A stretch of DNA of 37,715 nt from Octopus bimaculoides (GCF_001194135.2 NC_069005.1:11383635-11421349), one strand, 5' to 3'. Positions 23,243-36,025 are shown, counted from the first letter of the stretch. Program-made: numbers and translations. The notes: generated by a model not told the origin, from the letters alone.

Positions 23243-23401
23243 TACATACATACATACATACATACATACATACATACATACATAGATACATACATACATA
23301 CATGCATACATACAAACATACATGCATACATACATACATACATACATACATGCATACATACATACATATACACATATATATATATATATATACACATATA
23401 T
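23243..23401. repeat. (TACA)n microsatellite; similar tracts at about 24465-24500, 24755-24840 and 27370-27500
   Basis: Directly visible; source of the YIHT/MYVC pseudo-ORFs. Confidence 0.95.
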
Positions 23402-23892
23402 NNNNNNNNNNNNNNNNNNNNNNNNNNNNNNNNNNNNNNNNNNNNNNNNNNNNNNNNNNNNNNNNNNNNNNNNNNNNNNNNNNNNNNNNNNNNNNNNNNN
23501 NNNNNNNNNNNNNNNNNNNNNNNNNNNNNNNNNNNNNNNNNNNNNNNNNNNNNNNNNNNNNNNNNNNNNNNNNNNNNNNNNNNNNNNNNNNNNNNNNNNN
23601 NNNNNNNNNNNNNNNNNNNNNNNNNNNNNNNNNNNNNNNNNNNNNNNNNNNNNNNNNNNNNNNNNNNNNNNNNNNNNNNNNNNNNNNNNNNNNNNNNNNN
23701 NNNNNNNNNNNNNNNNNNNNNNNNNNNNNNNNNNNNNNNNNNNNNNNNNNNNNNNNNNNNNNNNNNNNNNNNNNNNNNNNNNNNNNNNNNNNNNNNNNNN
23801 NNNNNNNNNNNNNNNNNNNNNNNNNNNNNNNNNNNNNNNNNNNNNNNNNNNNNNNNNNNNNNNNNNNNNNNNNNNNNNNNNNNNNNNNNNNN

Positions 23893-23940
<48 letters not shown>

Positions 23941-24790
23941 AGATACATCAATAGGCAGGCTTTCATCACAGTTTCCGCTCAAATTTCGATGATATAGCAT
24001 TGCTTATTTGAATAGTATCTGTATGACTGACATAATATAGTGTCAGGCACTAGGTTCCAACTGGTGACATGTGCTACACTGGGTAACCACAACAATTAGT
24101 AAAAGACAATAGCAATAAATATTAGTATATCGTGTTAAGTAATGACTGTATTCTGTTTAGTAATAAAAACCATTAGCTTAAAGATGTCTCGATGTTTGGC
24201 ATAAAGCATTTGATTTACGATGACATGTGGATTTATGAATATATCTTGCGCAATATTGTAGCTATAAACGCATTTATGTGAATGTATGTTAAATAAATGA
24301 ATATATATGTTGTAAATAAATACACATGTGTTCGCATGCATGTATGTATGTTATTATTCAGTTCAATTTCAGGATTTCTTGCCAATAGAAAAAGAACCAG
24401 TTTCCAGCCCAGATCCGAGACTCCTTCATTGGAATTTCAAGAACATCAACAGGGTGTTTTTTGCATGTATGTATGTATGTATGTATGTATATATGTATGT
24501 ATATTTGTGTGAAAATTCGTATGTCTTGTTGTATGCATGTATACTCATTCGTATATTTGAACGTATAAACATGTTCATATAGACTTAAACAGATTTTTAC
24601 AGTTCCAGTGATGATTTGGATCTGTAGTCTTCGAATGAGCTCTCTCCTTTATGATTTTGAGAAGCCAAGATTTTCAAGTTTGTTATTTAGGCAGTGTGTT
24701 ACACATCCCTGTGTCCCAGTAATTACAGGTATAAGCCTGAACTTGTAATCTTGATATGTATGTATGCATGTATGTATGTATGTACGTATT

Positions 24791-24824
<34 letters not shown>

Positions 24825-27800
24825 TGTTTGTACGTATGTATGTTATTTTTGCCTTCGTATTCTTCCTATAAGGAACGACTGTAATTTGGATACCACAACA
24901 ATAAATGATACATGTTGAAATGTCTTACAATTGTATTGTTCCGCTAACAGATTGTTTTGGTGAAGCAGGTGTTAGCTGGTCACTTTCTTCACCTGAAAAG
25001 CTTAGGGTTTCCTTTTAATCTCTTAAACATTTTCTAACATAGCCAAATTAGAAAATGCATATCCATCTACATCATGAATTATTAGTGGAAATATGAATTC
25101 ATTGTGAGTGAGAGAAAAGTAGTTATCCATAAATGTCCTCTTTCTTAATAATTTTGGCAGAGATGTCTCCATCGCACGGATACCTGACCAATGTGACTGT
25201 ACACGACTTTTCTTTCTTTCACAAGCTATTGTATCATGCCTATTGCGTTTGCGATTGGCACAATTCTTGAATGATGGCGTAACTTAATGGCAATGAGCCA
25301 AAAAGAAGTTTTATTTCATATTAACGTCATTATTATCCACAAGATTACAGAGTGTTTTTGTTCCAGATTTTTGGTGAGAGTTCTCAGTTTTGCAATTTTG
25401 AGTTCACATGGGAGATCATCAACAAGTAAAAGACTTCTTCAGGCGGATGTCATTCTGTTTACTTTTGAGCACTTGACTAATGCATTTATTTCAAACTGTC
25501 TGCGTGGTAATACAATAGCTCTCAGATATGTTAGGGACTGATCTTTAGTCTTTTCCTCCTTCTATTACGAAAATCTACTAGTTTTTTATGAGGATCTTCA
25601 AAGATAAAACTTGCCAATATCACGGAAATTTGCAGTTGACGTCAGGATTTTGTGGGTTTGAATGCTAATGAAGCGGTTTCCCTATACACACAAGTTAAGT
25701 TTTTTAAATGTTAGGATAGGTACTGGAAGTACAAATGCATTGTGAGATATTGTCTTCCTCTCGAAGAAAGATCCAATTGCCATGTATAATAGTCATAGGT
25801 AACTCTACATATTTTCATCAACATCTTTGAATTTGTTGGACTCATTGTCGAATTCGAAGAGATAGAGATACTTTGATGTGATGATTTTGGATTTCAGAAA
25901 TAATTCTTCCGCATCCGACTGTCAAATTTGAATATTTTGGAGGGCAAATTTCAACCCTATATTAACAATATATATATTGTACATTTTTGTATCGCCTAAT
26001 TCTCCGGATGGTTTGTTATCGTCTGTTACGTTCTTGTACCATTTTCTGTTTTCTTTTTTATATATACATATAGCGGCATAGTGCAATTTTGGTCACTTAT
26101 ATGTAGGTACACACACACACACACACACATCTAAATTCCGTACGACTTCCTTATTCTTTTTTTCAGCCCCTTCACACTTACTTCGCTCTTTCCGCTTTTT
26201 TTTCTCGCTTCCCCTCTCTCACATTTCTTGGCCTTCCCTTCATTCTTACCGTCCTTCCTCTTTTATCTCACTCTGTCTCTTTTATTTTTCTTTCTTTCTT
26301 CCCAAATTCTTCTATCCCTCTGGCCCTACCTCTCTCCTCTCTTTCCACGTGACAGATGTTCCGACAAGCCTGACCTTTCTGTCGTGGTTCGACTACCAGC
26401 CGTGCAGTATCTATTTTCCTTCCTATGACTTTCATCTCTTGTTTGTCTGCCGTAAAGCTTCAGTTCCACACATGCCAGCTTAATTTAATTCGTCCTTAGT
26501 CGAAAGACACCTGTTGTTAATGTCCTGTTGTTTGTATTTATATTTGTGTAACATTTCTCCGTTTTTTTCCTTGTTTTTGTATACATTCGCTTGCTTTTTA
26601 CCAAGGAATCTAGTGCACTTAGCTTCGATTTTCTTGAGGCCGGCCAGATTAGAGCAGTCTCGAGTGTAACCGACCGAAACTGCTGAGAAAATCTGGAAAT
26701 CGACTGAAACTAGAAAACTCCGAATGACCCATCTTTGTTTTTATCCTGTCCTTTTTTATATCGTCAAACTGTCCGGATGTTTTGTTGTCACNNNNNNNNN
26801 NNNNNNNNNNNNNNNNNNNNNNNNNNNNNNNNNNNNNNNNNNNNNNNNNNNNNNNNNNNNNNNNNNNNNNNNNNNNNNNNNNNNNNNNNNNNNNNNNNNN
26901 NNNNNNNNNNNNNNNNNNNNNNNNNNNNNNNNNNNNNNNNNNNNNNNNNNNNNNNNNNNNNNNNNNNATATATATATATATATACACCTACATACATATA
27001 TACATCCATACATACATACAGAGAGAGAGAGAGAGAAATGTATGTATTATTGTATTCCTATATGAAATACATATGTGAACACAGACACCCATATACATAC
27101 GCATAATACACGCGCCATCTTTAGCCAGCTGGCAGAAAATAATAAATTAGTGAAAGAATATACATAAAACATAATGTCTTTAGGGAAAGAAAGAGAACTC
27201 GCTATTCCATTGTTTCTTTCTGTTGTAGAGATTAGCTGCTTGGTAATATGCAAAAAACCTTTTCAAAAATTAGGAGAAAAGACAGAATATCAATGGAAAA
27301 CTAATTAGAAACTTACAGCTCTTATAACCAGACTATAAATTTACTTCTGTCCCAATTATCATGAATACATGAATGCATGCATGCATACATACATACATAC
27401 ATACATACATACATACATACATACATACATTGATACATACATATATACATACATTGATACATACATACATACATACATACATACATACATACATACATAC
27501 ATAATATACACTTACATAGTAGTGGCACAGTAAAAATTTGTAAAACATTCTCAAGATTCTCTGAGATTGTTTAAAATGAACACATACACACTCATAGTAT
27601 TCACACAGACACATATAAAAAGCAATGATGCACACATACACATACGTACAAACGTACACATGCCAAAAGCACCTAATTCCAAAAGACACAGGTTGATATA
27701 GAACATAAGTGCAAGTGCATGCACCTACACACATACACTCGAGCGCGTTGATGACACGCGTACGCACACAAACACATGTCTTTATGTACTTGTTTTGCTA

Positions 27801-28229
27801 AATTCATGATGTGAACTCGTGGTTGAAACAGATATTGTTATACATGGGATTCTTATATATGTTTCCACTTAAACACACGCACTGTATGGTTGGTCTTTGC
27901 TTCAGGTTCAATATCATTATCATTTTTGTTTCTTTGTCAAGCTCTTTCGTCACACATCCTGAGACTTCTTCAACGTATATACACAAATACATAATACATT
28001 CTAGGAATATATACGCATACATACATACGCACGCACACAAAACATACATACATTATCCATACCTATTATTATTGGTGCCACAGGATACATACCGAACCCG
28101 TTTGGAACAACAGGTTACATACCCACCCGTCAGGAGCAAATTATGGATTAACATGGGTATGGAGGGCGAACACAAATCATTAATTTATACACTACATATG
28201 GTCACGATATCTGAGACTATTAAAGTCTG

Positions 28230-30195
28230 CAAGACCTTAAGTTCTGGTGGATGGTGAACAAAGCAAGATCATCTCGAACCTGACAGTAGCTTCAATATTC
28301 TTAATATGTTTTTCAAAGCCCTTGGAAACTGCTCGTAATGCTCCAATTACCACCAGTATCACCATTACTTTCCTCATGCCCCATAAATTTCCTATCTCAT
28401 CCCGCAGTGGCTGGTATTTCTCAATCTTTTCTGTTTCCCTACATTTCACTCTCGAATCACCAGATATTGCAACATCTATTATCTTTATTTCTTTTTCTGC
28501 TTTATGGATGAGTACGATATCTGGTCGTCTCGCCTCTATGACTTGGTCGCACTGCGTGTTAAAATCCCAGAGTATTTTATAATGTTCATTTTCTCTTAGT
28601 CCCTTTGGCTTGTGTTCATACCATTGTTCAACTCTCTCTAGGTTTGCTTTACCGCACAACAGCTAGTGGACATATCTAGCCAAGTTGTCGTGTCTCCTTT
28701 CATATTCGCGTTGTGCAAGCTTACAGCACTTACTAACAATATGGCTTATACTTTCTCCCTTCTCAGAGCACATCCTACACTGTGGCGAGTCAGTGCTTTT
28801 ATCAATGTGATATTTGGAGCAGTTTGTTCTGATAGCTTGTTCTTGAGCGCTGCACACTAATTCCCCAGTAGGCCCTTTTACGTATCCTTTCTGCAGCCAT
28901 TGCCAGGTTCTATTTCAATCAATCTCATCTTTATTCTTCAAGAACTGACTGTGCATTTTCTTGTCCTGCCAAATTTTCTTCATCTGCTGTCTCTGGTCTT
29001 ACTTAAATTGCGTTGGATCTACAGTTTCGTTCACTTTTAAAGTTCCCTGCATTTTCACTGATTCAATCATTTCTTCTTTACTCCCATTGATATACCAAGC
29101 CAGGTTATTCTCCTGTTCCCTTACACAACCTTCACAACACACTAGTCCCCGTATTCTTCCTCTTTACATACAATCTTGATACACCATTCTTGGGGTGTAG
29201 TTCCTTGTTCATTGTCATTAGCATACGTATTCTCCAGACTCTTGTAGTTCATGCATCTTCCAAAATACTATTCCTGCCCCATATCTCATCAAAGCAGCAG
29301 CCCACGTATTAATTGCTCTAATCTTATAGCGGCCATTTAGCTTCGATTGGCGGGCAATCCGAATTCTCCTCAAATATTCTTTCTTGTTCATGTCTTTCAT
29401 CTTGTGTTCATTCACCTTATCTTTTTCAATGACACCCAGGTACTTATATCTTTCCTCTCCGACTTCCTTTATAGTTTCACCATCTTCAAGCTTGATCCCA
29501 TGGCTTTTACTGATTTTACTCCTTTTGAGAATCATTACACCACATTTCTTGACCCTAAATTCCATGCCAATATCTTTGCTAATCATCTGTACAGTTGCCG
29601 ACAAACACTCAGTTTCTCCCTCAGTCTTAGCGAATTGCTTTAGGTCATCCACAAACCACAGGTTGTTTACTTTCACCCTACCTAGTATGTACCCCACACG
29701 CATCTTTCTTAAAACGTTCGTTAGTGGTAGTATGCAGACAACAAATAGGAGAGGCGTGAGACTGTCCTCTTGAAAGATTCCTCTTTTGATACTTACCTCT
29801 CCCAGCTTATTTCCCTATGCTGTGAGTTCAGTTCGCCACGTTGTCATTGAGTTTTGTATTAACTTCAGGATATCATGTAAGACCTTCAGTATTTTAAGGC
29901 ATTCAATAATGCACGAGTGTGGGACCATGTCATATGTTTTTCTGTAGTCCACCCATGCCATCGCCAAATTTTTGCGTCTCTTCTTGCAGTCAACCAGGAT
30001 AGTCTTATCGATTAGTAATTGATCCTTAATTCCTCTGTTCTTACGTCTACACCTTTTTTGTTCCACTGGTAGTAGATCGTTCTCATCTAGGTACTTACAG
30101 ATGCTGTTTGATATGATGGCCATCATCAGTTTCCACATAAGTGGCAAACAAGAAATTGATCGGAAATTTCCACTGCTGCCTACGCCAGGACAAGA
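28230..30195 (-). mobile_element. R4/Dong-like non-LTR retrotransposon ORF (RT, CCHC zinc knuckle, REL endonuclease), degenerate and 5'-truncated
   Basis: [13 protein letters not shown]; [14 protein letters not shown]; LWFVDDLK (YxDD-like); YKYLGV; CRMCSEKGESISHIVSKC...RRHD; LWDFNTQCDQVIEARRPDIV...IIDVAIS...EKIEKY. Confidence 0.9.
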
Positions 30196-30299
30196 ATCAC
30201 AAACATCACCAGCACCGGAAAAACTACCAGCAACAACACCAAAGACATTAACCACCGTAGGATCAAGCAAGGATAGTTCTCCCACCCGACTCACACCAA

Positions 30300-31075
30300 A
30301 CGACTCGGCACTTGGAAAGGCAATTCAATGCCGTCCAACAGCGTTGTTGAGCGCTGGACGGACGGACCGGTAAAGTTGCTTGTGGTTTGGTTCGGACTAA
30401 ACCTCCAGAATTGGGATGAGGCGATAGCAGGGTAGCCAGTCTCACCCAGAAATGGGCTGGCAGGAAGCTATTACTGACAGGTCGAGCGCAGGTGGCGAAA
30501 GCGTACGTTGCGTCCGTCATCTACTACGCTTGACCGTCGTGGCTTGCCCCCGATCGCACCTCGCCAAGTTAGAACGCCTTTTCTTCAAATTCCTGTGGAG
30601 GGGACAGGTTCCATTGGTGAAGTGGTCCATCTGCGGTAAACACTCTCTACGCGGATGGCTGGGTGTACCGTGGCTAATGATGCGCAGACATGCGCTGAGG
30701 CTGCGGTATCTCCAGATATTCTCTCTAAACGCCTAATAGGTGTGGTCGCCATTTGTCAAACAGGCTTTTCTACAGCTTGTCTCCTCGACTGAGTTGTAGT
30801 CCTTGGTCAAGAAAAGACCGAGGAAGGGTGACCAGCATCTACAAGGCGGGCAATGCGATCAGTGGAACATCCACTCTTGAATTCTATAGAGGGCTAGGGG
30901 AGGGAAAGAGCGATGACGCACCTGGAGAGATGCCAGGCGTTGACAAAGTCGAACTAACCAGTTTTCAGGAGGACTTTCGAGCCGGAGACGAGGGATAACT
31001 TCCGAAAATCCCTAGCTTGGCAGTGCTACCGGGGAGCACTGCCGGTTTGAGATAAGCTCTACAATCACGGAAGTG
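30300..31075 (+). mobile_element. Tx1/L1-clade LINE ORF2 fragment
   Basis: [27 protein letters not shown]; LTVVACPRSHLAKLERLFFKFLWRGQVPLV...GVPWLMMRRHALRL. Same family as 17180-18490, opposite strand. Confidence 0.85.
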
Positions 31076-31678
31076 CTGTCAGACGGACCCACCCGAAAAG
31101 CGCGCAAAGCCGCCACCACCACCACCATCAAAAACAACAATAATAACAACTACAAGTTCGAAATCAACTGCAGCAGCAGCAGAAGCAGCAGCATTTGCCA
31201 GCTTAAGAATCGTTGTTATAATAAAACACCTGCAAGCATTGTAATTAGAGTTACTATTGTAATTATGATGGATGTAAGGGGAATAAATCTAAATTCTTTG
31301 AGCACGATGTAGCATGAATCGAGCTATCATCGACAAACCAAACTCACGAAATTAGTCTTTCCAGCAATGACCATCCTGTCGTATTTTCAGACATATTATA
31401 TCTGGGACTACACCGTCTAATGAATCTTTTCTTTTTCGATTTTTTCTACCTTTCCTTCTATTCTTTTCTTTCTTTCCTTCTATTCTTTTCTTTCTTTCTT
31501 TCTTTATTTCTTTCTTTCTTTCTTTTTTTCTTTCTTTCTTTCGGAAGTATTAAAGCGTCGGATGGATTGCTTAGTTTCCAATTATACTTTCTAATTATTT
31601 GCCCTCATAAAAGTCCAAGTTATCTTTGATTTTTGCCATTTTGGGGTTCATAAATAAAATGACCAGTCCTGGGGGGTG

Positions 31679-31792
31679 ATTCTTCTTCTTCTTCTTCTTC
31701 TTCTTCTTCTTCTTCTTCTTCTTCTTCTTCTTCTTCTTCTTCTTCTCCTCCTCCTCCTCCTCTTCCTCCTCCTCCTCCTCCTCTTCCTCCTC
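31679..31792. repeat. (CTT)n-(CTC)n microsatellite, paralogous to 3510-3555
   Basis: Directly visible; both tracts follow gtcctgggg(gg)tgatt. Confidence 0.95.
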
Positions 31793-31844
31793 CCAGTCCC
31801 CTTGTGCGCTTCCGTCTCTCACCCAGAATAGAAAGGACACAGTG

Positions 31845-32047
31845 GTGCAGGTCTATATGTAAGAGATGAGGAATTATGTACATTTCTTACAATATTTACA
31901 TTTTGACGGATATTTGTCCTCATATTGTTTGTTGTTAACACAACATTTTGGCTAATATACCCTCCACCCTTCATCAGGTGTCTTGGGGAAATTTCTAACC
32001 TGTGTTCTCATTCTTAAGGTATTTCTCGATGTTGTCGTTGTTGTTAT

Positions 32048-32086
<39 letters not shown>

Positions 32087-32365
32087 AACTACTACTACTA
32101 CACCATATGCCCACGGGCATATGGTGTAGTGGTTAAGAGCGCAGGCTACTAACCCCAAGATTCTGAGTTCGATTCCAGGCAGTGAACTGAATAATAACAA
32201 CAACAACAACAACAACAATAATAATAATAACAACAACATCGAAAAGTACCTTAAGAGTGAGAACCCAGGTTCGAAATTTCCCCAGGACACCTGATGAAGG
32301 CTGGACAACAAACAAGATGAGAACAAATATCCATCAAATGTATTTAATGTGTATAGTCCTGTATA
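31845..32365. mobile_element. Head-to-head inverted dimer of a tRNA-derived SINE (fold-back), present only in duplication unit B
   Basis: Plus copy from 32115 has A box tggtgtagtggttaa and B box gagttcgattcc. The left arm (about 31895-32035) is the reverse complement of about 32233-32345. Centre is a perfect 16-bp palindrome (32097-32130). Absent at the matching unit A position (about 3620-3640). Confidence 0.75.
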
Positions 32366-33268
32366 TCAAAAGAAATGTACTAGCTATGGATGGGACGTCT
32401 GTTTTGCATAATTCCACTGTTAAATAACAACGCAGACAATAATGGCAATAAAGACAAAACGGGAATTTGCGAGAAATAGTGTCAAATTTTATTTGTAGCA
32501 AAGACAAAAAACATCATTCTTTTGGTATATAATTGATTTTGAATTGCATAGAGACATTGGGAAATTTCTGACGTGTGTATGTATGTATATATATGTATAT
32601 ATATATATATATGTCTGCATATATATATNNNNNNNNNNNNNNNNNNNNNNNNNNNNNNNNNNNNNNNNNNNNNNNNNNNNNNNNNNNNNNNNNNNNNNNN
32701 NNNNNNNNNNNNNNNNNNNNNNNNNNNNNNNNNNNNNNNNNNNNNNNNNNNNNNNNNNNNNNNNNNNNNNNNNNNNNNNNNNNNNNNNNNNNNNNNNNNN
32801 NNNNNNNNNNNNNNNNNNNNNNNNNNNNNNNNNNNNNNNNNNNNNNNNNNNNNNNNNNNNNNNNNNNNNNNNNNNNNNNNNNNNNNNNNNNNNNNNNNNN
32901 NNNNNNNNNNNNNNNNNNNNNNNNNNNNNNNNNNNNNNNNNNNNNNNNNNNNNNNNNNNNNNNNNNNNNNNNNNNNNNNNNNNNNNNNNNTATATATATA
33001 TATATATATTCACGTACACACACAGGGCATGTGTGTCTGTGTATCTGGGTGGGTGTGTATATGGTGAAAAGCACTAATGAAACAGAAGCTACATGGTATA
33101 TTATTATTATTATTATTATTATCGTTGTTGCTGTTGCTATTGGTGTTGGTGGGGGTAGTGGTGCCGCCACACGTCTCAAAATCTAAAAACCAAAATATAA
33201 ACAATATTAAACAATCTTTGAGCCAACAGTTATCCCTGAAATGTAGATAACTTATTGAATACATTTCG

Positions 33269-33274
33269 TTTATT
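33269..33274 (-). promoter_or_regulatory. Candidate polyadenylation signal AATAAA, copy B
   Basis: Same position relative to the stop codon as in copy A. Confidence 0.45.
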
Positions 33275-33281
33275 TCGTCAG

Positions 33282-33375
33282 TTAATGTTCTGCTTTGGAG
33301 TTGATCCAGGAGGTTAATTCAGGGGCATTTTTCGTTGTGCATTTTGAAGACATCATTCCGAGATTTTTCCATAAC
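33282..33375 (-). CDS. STC: Stanniocalcin-like gene, copy B, last coding exon
   Basis: Acceptor tttgcgttgtag|G, 94 nt. Encodes LWKNLGMMSSKCTTKNAPELTSWINSKAEH-stop; 17/30 aa identical to copy A. Confidence 0.88.
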
Positions 33376-35269
33376 CTACAACGCAAAGGATAAATGTAAT
33401 ATTAGTGTCTTTTTGAACCACATAGAAGCGAATTATAACTTTTTTTCTGTTCTTGTTCCTATTTAGTCCCAACTCAGTACAAACACTAACAGACCTGACC
33501 TATAATCGGAGACATTTCAAATATGGCTGCCATGTCTAATTCTCAGCAATAATGAATCTCCAGACTACGTTGTTGTATGTAGTTTATTTTAATGACTTGT
33601 TTGAACGCTATTAGGAACTTTTGGGTATGAGGTTTTTCGTGTGTGTACTCTTCTTTAAATGTTGTAGCTATGCACAATAAAAGTAAGCATGTAGTACAAG
33701 TTGTACTAGTACTAGTACTTGTATACCTAGGTGGATTAAAATACATCTAACATTTACACTACATGTATATCCCGTCATCCCCACATGAGTCAGGATAAAC
33801 CCCATTGTAACTATAATTAACTCTATATGGTTACAAAGTTACAATCTTTACAGCTTAACAACCTGATATAATTAAAATTATGATACAACATATGGTTATT
33901 TACGTTTCCTACGTTATACTCTTATCGTATTATGAATACTTTCTGCTTATATCCAGAATTGATAATAATCTCAACCTTACTTGTAGTGTCTATGAATGGT
34001 TTACACACTAGTTTTGCAATACACAGTTATCCCACTTCAACTATAGTCTACAAGCCTAAATATACTTTAACTTAGAACTGTACACATTAACCCTTGCATT
34101 TCGCACTTTATTCGTAAGCTTGAAATTAGTACGCAGACCTACCCACAACGTAATAACACTTAATAAACGCTATTCTAGTATAACACTTAGCTACGAATCT
34201 TAGTACGATAATATGCTATCAGACTACTCTTCTATGATTGAATCCTTTAGCGTATGTTTATCATTTATTTACTTTTCAACTAATCGCTTCTCCCTCCACG
34301 ACTCTCGTGCAGATAGTTACTGATATACCTATATAAAACGCCACTCACATATCCGTATTTCCCATAGCCCATCCATTACTAAGGACCCGCTTGAATATTC
34401 ATGTCTTAAATATTCTTATATTTATCTCTGTTCATGTTTTATTTTATTCTTTTGTTTTACTGGTCTTGTAATTTATTGATAGTCCTAACGGATCTGAACA
34501 GCGCCATTGTTTTTAAATGTTAGCTCACCAATTAGGTTGTAGGATTGACTTTGACCTTACTCCACTACGCCTAGGGGTATTGGCATTAGGTTTCAGTCGA
34601 TAAGTAACAAATATTAACATTGCACTAAGGTTATACTCAGTTTTTCTTTTATTAATGTACTTATGTATTAATTTACTCCTAACAGGTTCAATGTAAGTTA
34701 TTTTTGCCAACTCCTTTCATAATGCTATAGTTATTAAATAGCCGTTAGCCTCTGACTTCTGACCACTGTAGCATGGACCATACTATTAAACCCATCACAT
34801 AGCATACTACCTTCACTATCTCCCTCAGTATAATGGGAACACGATGTAAACCGCAGCCTACGGATATATCCCCTGAGAGTGACTTTATTTACATACCACA
34901 GGATGGAATACCATAGATTATAACACCTTAATATGAACCTCTTACTTTTCCTTACCGTGTCTATTACATTACATAACACTATTTTACATATTTTACTCTA
35001 TCTTATCATGTTTTACCCTACTCAATTAATCTAACAGAATTTCCCACATGTTAGTTTCCTAACATTTGTGCTCTCTGAAGAGGCTCAACCGTTATCCAAT
35101 GTCTGTCCAATGATTGGTCACCACTGTATATCACTGACGTGATGAGGATGACTTGGAAGATTCTGAGGCCTCATGGTAGAAACGGACGTAAGGGATTTGT
35201 ATCTGTACATTCATCTATTATTATTCATTCATCTCTTTCTCTCTTTCTCTCTCTTTCTCTCTCTCTCTA

Positions 35270-35322
<53 letters not shown>

Positions 35323-35362
35323 NNNNNNNNNNNNNNNNNNNNNNNNNNNNNNNNNNNNNNNN

Positions 35363-35399
<37 letters not shown>

Positions 35400-36022
35400 G
35401 TTTACATATTTATTGGCTGATCTCATTCGTTTACTTGTACCACTTAAACACATGTTGGTTATAATATCATAAATAAATATAATGGAATGTTTACTGGCTG
35501 ATGTTTGTCTATGTTATATCCTCTCCATTTTCTTATTTGCCTTTATATATAAGTGTTTGTCTGTAACTATGTATATAAGTGTGTGTATATATGTATGTGT
35601 GTGTGTAGGTATGTCTGTGTAACTCCCTGTTTTCTTTTTCTGTAATATCTCATTTGCTCACCCTTCCAGTTCTCCAGCTATCTAAACTACTCTTGATTTC
35701 TGACTAAATAGAAACGCTTCCTCCAAATGTAAGGTTTGTATTATTTAATTTCTCCGTCTGAAGAATTTCTACTAGGACATTCCATACGTGTCTATCTAAC
35801 ATGTAAAACTCTGTAATGGTTAATAAATAATACGATTACATTTTCCTTTTTCCTGTGTTGTTATACAATAACTCTGCAACCAATATTTCCAGAATTTTCA
35901 ACTTTTATCGTATACTTTGCCTCTGTACAACAACGACAGCAAATACGTATTGGATTGTAATAATGGAATAAGCAGAGGTGCTTCAAGAGGAAGCACCTGA
36001 ATACCTATCCTACTTAACTACA

Positions 36023-36025
<3 letters not shown>

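Larger units (their letters stand above)
4085..35362. other. Ten assembly gaps: 4085-4783, 5641-6428, 7015-7682, 12076-12481, 20034-20511, 21601-22465, 23402-23892, 26792-26967, 32629-32990, 35323-35362
   Basis: N runs, most flanked by dinucleotide microsatellites. Confidence 0.99.

Noticed and set aside
23143-23250. Hydrophobic MYKTILLYVIQIPISLLSIIETISALGIEK as a signal-peptide exon
   Set aside because: The ATG comes from a (TACA)n tract, and the only nearby donor (AA|gtactt) is weak and phase 2.
24929-24992. 64-nt candidate exon ttttcag|...|gtaaga encoding EESDQLTPASPKQSVSGTIQ
   Set aside because: Ends in phase 2, incompatible with the next exon; weak polypyrimidine tract; no paralogue to test.
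26630-26700. Hammerhead-like gattttct-tgag-gccgg...ccgacc-gaaac...agaaaatc
   Set aside because: CUGANGA core incomplete and no NUH triplet in position; may be a decayed repeat end.
27516-27548. MFYKFLLCHYY|gtaagt as the missing first exon
   Set aside because: Good donor but phase 0, whereas the 161-nt exon needs phase 1; too short for a signal peptide without a further unseen exon.
28080-28155. MLIHNLLLTGGYVTCCSKRV with gtatgt donors
   Set aside because: Both donors are phase 2 and the peptide is a poor signal sequence.
4033-35472. Long ORFs in the ORF track containing X runs or YI/HT/CV/SL/ER repeats
   Set aside because: They are translations of N gaps and microsatellites, not genes.
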